From positions 1,094,545 through 1,126,936 of the forward strand of contig NC_068991.1 in assembly GCF_001194135.2 (NCBI RefSeq): DNA of 32,392 bases, in the 5' to 3' direction. Shown piece by piece: positions 1 to 10,545 of this stretch; within the stretch, counting starts at the first letter, position 1; the number at the start of each line of letters is the position of its first letter. Source of the stretch: Octopus bimaculoides (Eukaryota). Under the pieces are notes generated by a model that was given only the letters and a program-made list of their open reading frames with translations, searched no databases and had not been told where the DNA came from. Made by a program: the position numbers and the translations under genes.

Positions 1-88
<88 letters not shown>
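1..88. repeat. Compound microsatellite (TA)n-(TG)n
   Basis: Directly visible perfect dinucleotide tracts. Confidence 0.98.
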
Positions 89-90
<2 letters not shown>

Positions 91-184
91 CTTCAGTATC
101 TGTCACTGGAGTCACTATAGAGTCGTTTAACAAGCTAAAGATTGCAGCCTAATCTTCCTGACAGTATATCTTGTCGACTTGAGT

Positions 185-289
185 GAAGGACACATTGGAG
201 AATGTGAGCCCAGGTGTGAAAAGACGGGATGGTTACGGTTGGTAAGCCTTTGATATTGTGTCCGCTTGATCAGGGAGCATTTGGTCTGA

Positions 290-291
<2 letters not shown>
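185..291 (+). mobile_element. Dispersed repeat family X, copy A (SINE-like 3' portion running into a (GAC)n/(AAC)n tail)
   Basis: gaaggacacattggagaatgt...gggatggttacggtt...ctttg aligns by eye to the reverse complement of 11965-12072 (gaaggatacattagacaatat...gggatggtcacggttgaaatgtcttttg). It is followed directly by a trinucleotide tract. Confidence 0.7.
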
Positions 292-324
<33 letters not shown>

Positions 325-480
325 AACAGAAGCAGGAACAACAACAACAACAACTGCTAAAACATCATCGACAACAACCAGAGCAACATCAACCATAACA
401 TCAGCATCACCGTCACCATCACCTTTAAAGCAACGTCATCATCATCATCAACAACAACGACAACAACAACAACAACATCT
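290..480. repeat. (GAC)n/(AAC)n/(ATC)n low-complexity tract
   Basis: Directly visible. Confidence 0.95.
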
Positions 481-613
481 TTTGTAATCTTAACTCGATG
501 ACAAGTCAGCGATTTAAAATCCGTGACACTAACAAGACTTACAAAACGCAATGAATATGGCTGTTTGTTTCAGACAAATACATGTCTCTTTTGTTGCACC
601 AGATTGACTCATA

Positions 614-670
614 GCCATCATCATCATCATCATCATCATCCTCATCATCATCATCATCATCATCTCTCTT

Positions 671-710
<40 letters not shown>
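614..710. repeat. (CAT)n followed by (CT)n, running into an assembly gap (N 711-970)
   Basis: Directly visible. Confidence 0.97.
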
Positions 711-970
711 NNNNNNNNNNNNNNNNNNNNNNNNNNNNNNNNNNNNNNNNNNNNNNNNNNNNNNNNNNNNNNNNNNNNNNNNNNNNNNNNNNNNNNNNNN
801 NNNNNNNNNNNNNNNNNNNNNNNNNNNNNNNNNNNNNNNNNNNNNNNNNNNNNNNNNNNNNNNNNNNNNNNNNNNNNNNNNNNNNNNNNNNNNNNNNNNN
901 NNNNNNNNNNNNNNNNNNNNNNNNNNNNNNNNNNNNNNNNNNNNNNNNNNNNNNNNNNNNNNNNNNNNNN

Positions 971-1020
971 AAGTGTCTTCTACTATAGCCTCGGGCCGAC
1001 CAAAGCCTTGTGAGTGGATT
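971..1020 (+). mobile_element. SINE family 2 fragment (middle portion; 5' end hidden in the gap)
   Basis: aagtgtcttctactatagc...aaagccttgtgagtggat matches the in-window copy at ~12900-12950 (aagtatcttctactatat...aaagccttttgaatggat). Confidence 0.75.
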
Positions 1021-1189
1021 TCAGTTTTCCTCGTCTTCTCCTCCAAAACGCAACATTCCATATTTGGACCAAGCAAAGAGTTCCGACGATTCTTTACAGT
1101 TCCTTCCTGTATAATTTGGTAGATTAGTCGCTGCTCTGAAGATCTGCATGCTCCTCCTGTGTGCCGCCAATTTACTCAATTTTGATATT

Positions 1190-1402
1190 GTTGGCGGAAG
1201 AATCGTTACCGCGCCGCAAAAGATTCTTAACGATATTCCTTCCGACTATCCCATCCGAGTTCAACTCCCGACGGAGTCGATTTTGTCTCTCATTCTTTCG
1301 TAGTCGAGAAAATAAGTACCAGTTGAATACTAGGGGTCGGTATAACCGACTAATAACCCCCCCCCACCGAACTTGCCAGCCCTGCGCTAAAATTTGAAGC
1401 CA
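1190..1402 (+). mobile_element. tRNA-derived SINE family 1, diverged near-full-length copy
   Basis: Head ttggcggaagaatcgtt, B-box-like gagttcaactcc, core gtcgattttgtctctcattc...aaataagtaccagttgaatactaggggtcg, tail gccctgcgctaaaatttgaagcc. Collinear with copies at 12326-12560, 18409-18567 and 28171-28325. Confidence 0.85.
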
Positions 1403-1912
1403 ATATCTTTCTTGTAAGAGATATTTTCTATCAGGTTGCTAAGCGTTAATTTTTCAGTTTGGGTGGTTTCTCTATTCTTTCAACAATAACAGGAGGGAAG
1501 GCAGTTGACAACCATTCATGTAGATCTAATCTATTCCTCCTGTTCTCCCTACAATGGTGGAATTGTTAACAAATCTCAGAGGTAAATGGTGACATTCTTG
1601 AACCAATGTTCCGTTATTAGATCTGCTTCTGTCTATTTCCTGTTTTGTTATTTTCTTTACGACGTATTCCTCACCATATCACCATTCATTTTATACTCTT
1701 TCTAGACAATATGTTTGCAGTAACCCTGTCCTATTCTTCGAGCCATACACATTGCTGTTACAGTTTACCATTTCTTTCCCATGAAAACTTCCAGTCACTT
1801 TTATCTTATTCTCTTCTATTTCGTTTCTTACAGAAAAAGCGTTGTTTACTTTGAAGTTACGACAGATTTAAGTTTATGCGCACGCGAGTGCACGTGTTTG
1901 TATGTGGACGCG

Positions 1913-1954
<42 letters not shown>

Positions 1955-2157
1955 GTATACCTATAAATATACCTTGAAAGAATACTGAGAAAATACTAGA
2001 GATAACACTACCCCCACCCCCCGCCGCCGCCGACACCATCGCTATAATACGCAGTGACTCACTCTTTCACACCTTCCTTTTGTGTTAATTAATAAACGCA
2101 GTCCACACCTGACTTGACAGTCAAGGTAATTCTTTCTGAACACGCATCTTTTCCCAC

Positions 2158-2159
<2 letters not shown>

Positions 2160-2188
<29 letters not shown>

Positions 2189-2220
2189 TTATTTCTAGCT
2201 TCTCCCTCTTCCTCACACTC

Positions 2221-2265
<45 letters not shown>

Positions 2266-2610
2266 TCTCACACCAAACTCATTTTCTCTTGTAAAACTCG
2301 AGACATGGAAATATACATACATTTACGAAAGCGTACATACATATATACATACGTACCTACCTACGTACGTACCTACCTACCTACGTACATACATACATAC
2401 ATACATACATACATGCGCACATACATACATGCGTGTATACATACATACATACGTACGTATGTAAATACATACACGCATGCGTACATATATACATACATAT
2501 ATGCATACGTACATACATATATACATTCATTCATACATACCTACACATACGTACATTAATTTATACATACATATAAACATACATATATACCTACATAGAT
2601 ACGTACATAC
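2160..2610. repeat. (CT)n tracts followed by a long degenerate (TACA)n tract
   Basis: Directly visible. Confidence 0.95.
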
Positions 2611-2883
2611 GTCCATATATGTACCACAAATTTCATTAAAAAACAAACAACCCCAGTTGTTTTAATCATTAAAAAGCCCAAACATATATATATAAGCGCC
2701 AGTGTATATATATACATATATATATAAGCGCCAGTAAGCGCCTTAAAAAGACATACATAGAGTGTGTAACCTTGCAAATGTTTAGGTAATTAAATCCGTT
2801 TCTAATTCGGAGATTAATTTTGTTTCATTTGTGCGGCGATGTTGCACACCAACAATTAGATTTTAAGCTCTCTACACACAAGC

Positions 2884-3066
2884 GGGTGTTAGAAAGTTCC
2901 TAGCATGAAGAGTATCGTGAAAGGCCTGGCTGGAGGCCCAACCTTCCCAGTTCTTTTACAGGGCTTAGAAAGACTGAAGGACCGCTGCAATAATGGCGGG
3001 AATCTGAGACGGGGGGGGGGTATGCTGAATAAAATCATAATTAATTGTATTTTCTTTTACCCAAAG
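2884..3066 (+). mobile_element. Probable Tc1/mariner remnant (internally deleted; transposase C-terminus plus 3' subterminal sequence)
   Basis: Frame at ~2950-3030 reads LLQGLERLKDRCNNGGNLRRGG then (frameshift) YAE*. This resembles the mariner transposase C-terminal pattern (G.+.L..RW.KC+.L.G.YVE*). The TIR-like assignment of gggtgttagaaagttcctagc and ttttcttttacccaaag comes from recall, not from an in-window pair. Confidence 0.5.
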
Positions 3067-3318
3067 TGTTTCATAGCGAGTGGAACCTCAGAAATGATAA
3101 AATCCAAGTGAGGGTTATACCGCCGGCTATTCTTCAGGCCAAGGATATCTTGAGTCGATTAATGACTACACTGTCGCAAGGAGGCACATGTTAACACAAA
3201 GAGGATATTCTGACGGAATCCTCTTTGAGTTAACATGTACCTCCTTGGGACAATATAGCCTTTAATCGAATGCTCAATCGGATTTTACCACTTCTGAGGT
3301 TCCACTTGCTATCAAACA
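3067..3318. repeat. Nested long inverted repeat (fold-back; MITE-like or hairpin-RNA locus)
   Basis: Outer arms 3067-3105 and 3280-3318 (35/39 complementary). Inner arms 3155-3206 and 3218-3269 (45/52). Central loop of 11 nt at 3207-3217. Confidence 0.92.
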
Positions 3319-4070
3319 TACGTAGTCCAGATTTCCCATACTCCATTCCATAACTCTTGTTCTCTTTTACTGCCACTCGTCAACCTTGGTCACCTGCCGA
3401 GGAATATAAAAAGAACTTCTTTTCAGCTCATCGTTCTCTGATAAAGAAAAATGATCCGCATCTTTCCGTCTCAATAAACCACTCCTGGCCCCGAAAAGTT
3501 GTTTTCTTATATATTTACTACGGATTGCTCGAAGTTAACTTTTTTGCTTCACCTCGATCTTATGTATGTATGCATGTACGTATGTAGTTTTGTGTTTGTG
3601 TGCGTGTGTGTTTGTATGTATGTATCTATGTATGTATGTGTGTGTGCGTGTGTGTGTGTGTGTGAGTGCATGGGGAGAGAGAGAGAATGAGAGAGAGGGG
3701 TGGGGGAAGAGACCAATCTCAGAATTTCTCTGTATCATGGCCGTCCAAATTTCAACCCCTTTTGTCTTTCCTCTTTCATTCTCATACAAACTAACCTCCT
3801 TCTTCCTCTTCTTTCTTTCCTCCTCCCCCTCCCTCTTTCTCTACTCTACTCCCCTTTCCTTCTTCTTCTTTTGCCGCCATCTTTTTTCCCCGATACTTTT
3901 TCTCTTTATATTTGTCTTCGTTAAATTTACTTTCTTGTCCTGAAATAAAAACAGGTATTTATTTACAACTTGAATAAACCTTTAGAAATAGCCTCCACCA
4001 CCCACCTTACTCTCCCATTCACCCCTCAGCAAACTGTACCTCCACCCCCCCCCGCTACTTCCCAGCTATT

Positions 4071-4297
4071 GATTTGACCGTGACCTTATGACCCCTAAAC
4101 ACATTGAACTAACTCCTATCCGTGTATTGTCTCCTCTATTTGTGTCCCTGCACTACACAACACAACCAGATGACGTCACATTACGTCGTCACCATGGAGA
4201 GGGGCTGAGGCCAATAGAGACCCCCCCTTCTCCCTACCCCCAGGTGCTCGTTATGCTCTATTAAACACACCGGTCTCATTCACCCGATGACGTCATC
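4071..4297. promoter_or_regulatory. Candidate cis-regulatory module (nuclear-receptor half-site array, two perfect CREs, CCAAT)
   Basis: TGACCG-TGACCT-ta-TGACCC at 4075-4094; TGACGTCA at 4171-4178 and 4288-4295; CCAAT at 4211-4215. Motif matches only; function untested. Confidence 0.4.
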
Positions 4298-4389
4298 TCG
4301 TCCTCGACCAACCACTTTTAAAGATAGCCGGATTCAATGTGTTCTTCTGGTTTGCTAAACATAGCAGTCAAACTACACCGCCTATAAAC

Positions 4390-4495
4390 GACATATTGGA
4401 TATTATAATCTGAGATCATCTATATCTAAAATGGCATGATGGTCATGGATGGGAAACATTTGTGGTGGGTTGTCTTGGGGTTAAACAGCAGCTAC
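4390..4495 (+). mobile_element. Dispersed repeat family X, diverged copy C
   Basis: acatattggatattataatc...gatggtcatggatgggaa...ttggggttaaacagcagc loosely follows copies A and B. Confidence 0.4.
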
Positions 4496-5080
4496 GACGT
4501 TATAGTGCTGTTGATTCCGAGAATTTTTAAATATATATTTAATCCGAGAAGGATGATGGCTCTGGCCTATGTTGACCTTCACGGATTGTGAAGGCGTTGG
4601 TTTCTAGCTCTGGGTCAGGTCTGGGAAACACGTACAAATGATGATGTGCCTACAATAATTGTTGAAGACCAAATTGAATGCAGAGACCGAGTCTTGATCA
4701 CAACAAACTGCCAAACTCGATCGTTCAAACATCGAAATCCACATTGTGTGAGAGACTAACAAAAACTTCTCAACATCATTTCTCTGGATTACTGAGTAAA
4801 AATAACGAGTTCATCAACGAATAAAAAGTAAAGTTTGGTCTCTTACTTTTTCCGTTTTTTTTGTTTTTTTTTTGTTTTGGTGATTCCCGCACCGTCTGTC
4901 CAAAGTGTGAGAAGATATTCCGGAAGAAAGTCGGAGCTGAAGAAACGGACTCGAGTCTGGTGAAGGACAAAAGGTTGATTTAGAACAAATCTGAAATATT
5001 AAACTGATTTAGAATTTGTTTTAATTAGAGAAACGAACACGGGGAAGAGAAATTCTAGAAGTGAAAGAATTCGCAGTATA

Positions 5081-5794
5081 TACACACGTATGTATGTATG
5101 TATGTATATATATGAAATTTAATGTATTTAAGTTAAATAAACAAATAAGATTGTATCAAAATCTGTCTAGACAGGAAAACTAAGGAAACGGATATATGGT
5201 GATGTGTATGTATATATATTTATATATATATGCAGTATATATATGTATATATATATGTGTGTGCGTGTGTGTGTGTGAGTGTGTGTGAGTGTGTGTACGT
5301 ACGTATGTATACATAGATATATGGAAGTGAATTTATGTTTTCGACTTGCATTGTTGTAGCTTATTCATTTTTAATTATATTGCGTATCGTTTCAAATATA
5401 TTGCATTACATTGATATGTATGTATGTGTGTGTGTGTGTAAACATGCCGTCATATATGTTTTCATGCATATGTATATGTATGTATATATANNNNNNNNNN
5501 NNNNNNNNNNNNNNNNNNNNNNNNNNNNNNNNNNNNNNNNNNNNNNNNNNNNNNNNNNNNNNNNNNNNNNTATACATACATATATACGATGGCTTTGTTG
5601 TCTCATTTTATTTAACACACATACACATGCACACACATATATATGTGTGTATATACATATATATATATACACACACATATATATATGTATACAAACATAT
5701 ATATATATATATATATATATATAAACATATATATATGTATCGACACACCCACACACATATACATACAAACAAGCATGCATATGTATGTATGTAT
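5081..5794. repeat. Mixed (TA)n/(TG)n/(TATG)n low-complexity region with an internal gap
   Basis: Directly visible; short unique stretches are interspersed. Confidence 0.9.
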
Positions 5795-6215
5795 GTCCTG
5801 GATACGACTTTAAAGTGCATCCTGTCGAGGGGCTCTTTAAAGATTTTGGGAAGCGTGGAACCGTCTCTTTGCCCCTATCGTACCAAGGTCTAATCTGATC
5901 CAGAGCAGTAACACCTGCCAACAAAGGTGTGGAGAGAAGTTAAATCATTTGAGAGACCAGGATAACGCAAGTAAGACTCAAAAGAGATCTGAGGGAGAAT
6001 GTAACGATCGAGAAGGTGATTGACAATGGCGTTTTTGTGTGCACAGTCTGCGACAGACCATGCCTGTCTTTTGCTGGCCTCAAATCTCATCTGTGAATGC
6101 ATGGAAAACGAACCTCCACCATCTACTCTGCTTATATGTCTGTGCACACCTTTGAATGCAATGCATGCCAGAAGGCCATTCTGACGAAGGCAAGAAATCC
6201 GAAACAACTTGGAAG
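5795..6215 (+). mobile_element. Decayed 3' end of an RTE-like LINE ORF with C-terminal C2H2-type fingers
   Basis: Frameshifted reading ...WREVKSFERP / RITQVRLKRDLRENV...FVCTVCDRPCLSFAGLKSHL*MH...FECNACQK. This resembles the RTE C-terminus (G.KSFE..R....KR..RK...F.C..C.R.C.S..GL.SH.R). The internal TGA at 6094-6096 is consistent with CGA>TGA decay. Confidence 0.6.
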
Positions 6216-6258
6216 TCAGTGTCAATCTTTTCCTCATAAAAATAGTATATGATACATC

Positions 6259-6271
6259 TTGCATACATACA

Positions 6272-6318
<47 letters not shown>
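6259..6318. repeat. (CATA)n-(TA)n
   Basis: Directly visible. Confidence 0.97.
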
Positions 6319-6592
6319 GAGAGCGATAATAAAGTGAGCGAATCTGATTGCAACCTACAAACCATTCAACTTCATCTCATAAAAAAAACCCCTGATAACC
6401 CAGTTTTTTCCCCCCTTTTTTCCCCTTTACACTGAACTCGGTGCGTTCAGTTGTGTGTCATCTAAGAGATGACCCCCACCCCTAATTGTCGGGACTCAAA
6501 TACTACAGAAGCAATCATCATTTTCCTTCATATTTATTTATCTGCCCTCATAACTTAATAAAAGCATCACGCCCAAAACCCAGTGCCGTCTC

Positions 6593-6593
<1 letters not shown>

Positions 6594-6636
<43 letters not shown>

Positions 6637-6655
6637 TGTTGTTTTTGTAGTTGTT
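6594..6655. repeat. (TTA)n grading into (TTG)n
   Basis: Directly visible. Confidence 0.95.
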
Positions 6656-7059
6656 TTTGCTTTTCTTTTTTCCTTTCTTTGCTCCTATTATTTTTTTTTT
6701 AGCTTTAATGTCCTTTAAGCATTACGTAGCTCGGAATTGTACGTAAAGCTGGAAATCTCCCCCCTCTCTCCCCACCATACCACCTTATCTGTTTGAGAGG
6801 AAGGGCGTTATGTTATTGTCCCTTGCCGTAGACAACAGTCTCGTTTCACTTGTCATACGGGTTCCAGGCTGTTTCTCTCCCCTCTCACAGCCTGCAGAGG
6901 GGGGTTCCTGAAGGCAGCCAACCGAAACATCTACTCGACCAAGCGGAACGAATACACGTTCGAACTACAAAAAAAATATACGAAATGGAATAAAAAAAAA
7001 ACCTGGGACAAAAAAGTGAGAAAAATCTCCGAAAACGTCATTGGCGAGTCATTGGTGGG

Positions 7060-7704
7060 TGAGTGGTGGTGGTGGTGGTGGAGGCAGTGGTTGGAGGGAG
7101 TGGAATGGAGTCGCATTGAGGGGGGAGGNNNNNNNNNNNNNNNNNNNNNNNNNNNNNNNNNNNNNNNNNNNNNNNNNNNNNNNNNNNNNNNNNNNNNNNN
7201 NNNNNNNNNNNNNNNNNNNNNNNNNNNNNNNNNNNNNNNNNNNNNNNNNNNNNNNNNNNNNNNNNNNNNNNNNNNNNNNNNNNNNNNNNNNNNNNNNNNN
7301 NNNNNNNNNNNNNNNNNNNNNNNNNNNNNNNNNNNNNNNNNNNNNNNNNNNNNNNNNNNNNNNNNNNNNNNNNNNNNNNNNNNNNNNNNNNNNNNNNNNN
7401 NNNNNNNNNNNNNNNNNNNNNNNNNNNNNNNNNNNNNNNNNNNNNGTGGTGATGGTGGTGGTGGTGATGGTGATGGTGGTGGTGGTAGTGGTGATGGTGG
7501 TGGTGGTGGCGCTAACTCCAGTGCTGTTGTTGTTGTTGTAATTATTGTTATTGTTTTGCAGCGATGTCGGCGTTGGTGCTGATGGCGATGCAGATGGTGA
7601 ATGGTGTGGCGACGGCGGTGGAGGTGGTGCTTTTGATGTAAGGCAGGTGGTGATTGATGTGGTGATGGTCATGCTGGAGTTGGTTGGCGGAGAACGAGGG
7701 AATG
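7060..7704. repeat. Degenerate (GGT)n/(GAT)n low-complexity tract broken by gaps
   Basis: Directly visible. Confidence 0.9.
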
Positions 7705-8429
7705 NNNNNNNNNNNNNNNNNNNNNNNNNNNNNNNNNNNNNNNNNNNNNNNNNNNNNNNNNNNNNNNNNNNNNNNNNNNNNNNNNNNNNNNNNNNNNNNN
7801 NNNNNNNNNNNNNNNNNNNNNNNNNNNNNNNNNNNNNNNNNNNNNNNNNNNNNNNNNNNNNNNNNNNNNNNNNNNNNNNNNNNNNNNNNNNNNNNNNNNN
7901 NNNNNNNNNNNNNNNNNNNNNNNNNNNNNNNNNNNNNNNNNNNNNNNNNNNNNNNNNNNNNNNNNNNNNNNNNNNNNNNNNNNNNNNNNNNNNNNNNNNN
8001 NNNNNNNNNNNNNNNNNNNNNNNNNNNNNNNNNNNNNNNNNNNNNNNNNNNNNNNNNNNNNNNNNNNNNNNNNNNNNNNNNNNNNNNNNNNNNNNNNNNN
8101 NNNNNNNNNNNNNNNNNNNNNNNNNNNNNNNNNNNNNNNNNNNNNNNNNNNNNNNNNNNNNNNNNNNNNNNNNNNNNNNNNNNNNNNNNNNNNNNNNNNN
8201 NNNNNNNNNNNNNNNNNNNNNNNNNNNNNNNNNNGCCATAACTCATATTAAAGCAACATTAAAACTGTCTGAAACAATATTACATACAATCTCCCTCCTC
8301 TTCTCTCCTCTTCCCCCTCCCCCTCCCCATTCTGTCTGTGTGTCATTACGGAACTGTTGTAAATCTTTTATTGCAACATAATTATCAACGTTGCTGTATT
8401 GGTGTTGTTGCTGTTTAATGACCGATCGG

Positions 8430-8459
8430 CCATCATCATCATCATCATCGTCTACCACC

Positions 8460-8506
<47 letters not shown>

Positions 8507-8538
8507 CCACCATCATCATCCTTTCATTCCCCCCCCCC

Positions 8539-8575
<37 letters not shown>

Positions 8576-8600
8576 TGTTATCCTCATCAATATCATCTTC
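8430..8600. repeat. (CAT)n/(CAC)n tract
   Basis: Directly visible. Confidence 0.96.
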
Positions 8601-9456
8601 GTCTCTGTCGCCGTCATTGTCACATATCAATTAATTGTCAGTTCTTAATTAATTACCCATTGTTTAATTTCTGAACCCCTTCCATAGATATCAGTAGTGC
8701 TAAAGTCTAGACACCCTCACAACTACCCCTCTCTCTCTCTCTTTATAACTCTCCCATGCTCCTCCTCCTCCTCCCGTTCCTCCACCCTTCCCATCCCCAT
8801 GTAACATTGTTTGACTTACACAAAGTCTGTTTAAATGTATCCATTCCCCTATTCTGTGGCCTTCAGTCTCTTTTATCTGTTTAATCAGCTAATCCCATGC
8901 AAACGGCCCTTAATCTTAAATATTATAACGTGTTACAACTTGTCCTAACATGTTCTAACATCCGTCCCCCACCCATTTATTCCTATGTCTCCCCAAATCA
9001 AAATAAATACGCGATGACAGCCACAGTACCACGTTCGTGGTTTCACCAGATACAAGAGAATAGTCACCAGTTGTGTATCAAATTAAATCTATATACAAAT
9101 GAACACCAGTGTACAGTAAGTCCCATGATCGTAGAATCCGAGAATCATAAAGTTCCAGTGGTAATCCGGGTGAAGTGGTGGTAAAGTGATTCATGAGAAG
9201 TGGCAAAAACCCGAGAAGAAAGTAGGAAAGATGAAGGTCTGAGATAAGAAGCGTTTATTTTATATGGTTTAAAATCATACAAAAAGAAAAGACAGAGACG
9301 GGCGAGAAAACAACAAAGTGTTTTAATTTGACGTTCAGGAAAAAATCTGTTCGTTCCGGCATTTCTTTGATCCTATTCTGGTCTTATGCCAATCTTATTT
9401 AAAATAAAACTAGAAAAGATTCTTGGATGTCTGTTTCATATTTTGTATTCCTTAAA

Positions 9457-10050
9457 TTAACCAATGGCATTCACGAATATATTGTAGAATATATGGTACA
9501 TCATATGGGGCATCGAACATATGTTCACATGGTTGATGGTGCAACGGGTTAGTGTGAATGTCTTGTTAGGAGACAGACAGGTTAGTGCGCATGCCCTCTT
9601 GCTGTCAGACAGGGATCTTTTCAAGGACAAGGAGGCATGCACCATCTATATGATCACTTTCTCTCTATAGATCATTCGGTGGATTTCAGTTGTGGCAATG
9701 TCATTCAAATATGGTCGGCTCAGGAAGCACATGCTAATTTTGACAGTGTTGGCCTTCCTTTGGTAGATATGCGCATGCGAACGTTTGTCGAAAAGTAGTG
9801 GGTAGCCGTTATTTTGTAGAATATTTTGGAATCGTTTGATGTTGACGGCGTTATCTACTGCTTTGCTGTTGTATGTACAAGAAATTTTGGCCTTGGTTCC
9901 AGTGAGAAGACATGACTCGTAGTTAACAGATAAGTCTCTGCTAGTTGCACTTTTGTAAACATATCAAAATAGACATCAATATTTGATTGGCTGTTTTGAA
10001 ACCAGTAGAAAATGCGCCATACCTGTATCTATTCAATTTTTACGCGTAGA
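9457..10050 (-). mobile_element. Penelope-like element (PLE) remnant: RT C-terminal region with possible GIY-YIG remains
   Basis: Minus frame from 9960: VYKSATSRDLSVNYESC (cf. PLE VYRKPT.TD.YLN+.S.HP), then ...KRFQNILQNNGYP (9819-9799; cf. PLE L..NGYP), then ...FLSRPYLND. There is one TAG at 9648-9646 and the same frame continues to 9457. Weak, frameshifted C..C and YI(R)E remains lie near 9520-9470. Confidence 0.75.
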
Positions 10051-10465
10051 ACATGTGAGGTATTTGACTACTGACATGCAAAGTACGTGATATTTGAGAC
10101 TGAACGCATGGAAGACATAAAATGCACAAAATCAAGGAACATCGTCGTTGCTATTTTAGTTATGCTGATGAGTGATTTTTTTTTCAATACATGACCAACT
10201 TTCAAGGTCATGCAAATGCATTCTATAGGAAATAAACTGTTGTAACCAGTTGGCAGCTGGAAATTCCTCATTAAATATCGATGGACGCGCCTGAAAGAAT
10301 TTACTAATTCTAACCTTTTGTTCAAAATTGCAAAAGCCTGTAATAGAATGTTGAATTTTTTCCGAGACACCAGGAACACAGCTTTGAGAACCATTAGTGT
10401 AGAAGGACGCATGTTTCATAATGGACAAATCAGTTTTATAATTGTTAATATTAGCACCTTTTAAA

Positions 10466-10470
10466 CTACA

Positions 10471-10541
<71 letters not shown>
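10466..10541. repeat. (CA)n
   Basis: Directly visible. Confidence 0.98.

Positions 10542-10545
<4 letters not shown>

Noticed and set aside
1015-1032. Possible micro-inversion at the 3' end of the SINE family 2 fragment
   Set aside because: It depends on a recalled consensus that the in-window second copy does not confirm.
2682-2735. 22-bp direct repeat acatatatatataagcgccagt
   Set aside because: Simple slippage duplication anchored in (TA)n.
6034-6102. Host C2H2 zinc-finger gene
   Set aside because: It has an internal stop, no TGEKP linkers and upstream RTE-like residues; a LINE remnant explains it better.
6891-7015. Possible exon after a strong acceptor (tttctctcccctctcacag) with a GTGAGA donor
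   Set aside because: The open frame (CRGGFLKAANRNIYSTKRNEY...KKKTWDKK) decays into A-runs and resembles nothing recognisable; not enough support without RNA data.
9050-9115. Possible 66-nt exon ending at CA|GTAAGT
   Set aside because: Weak acceptor and an unrecognisable peptide (IQENSHQLCIKLNLYTNEHQCT).
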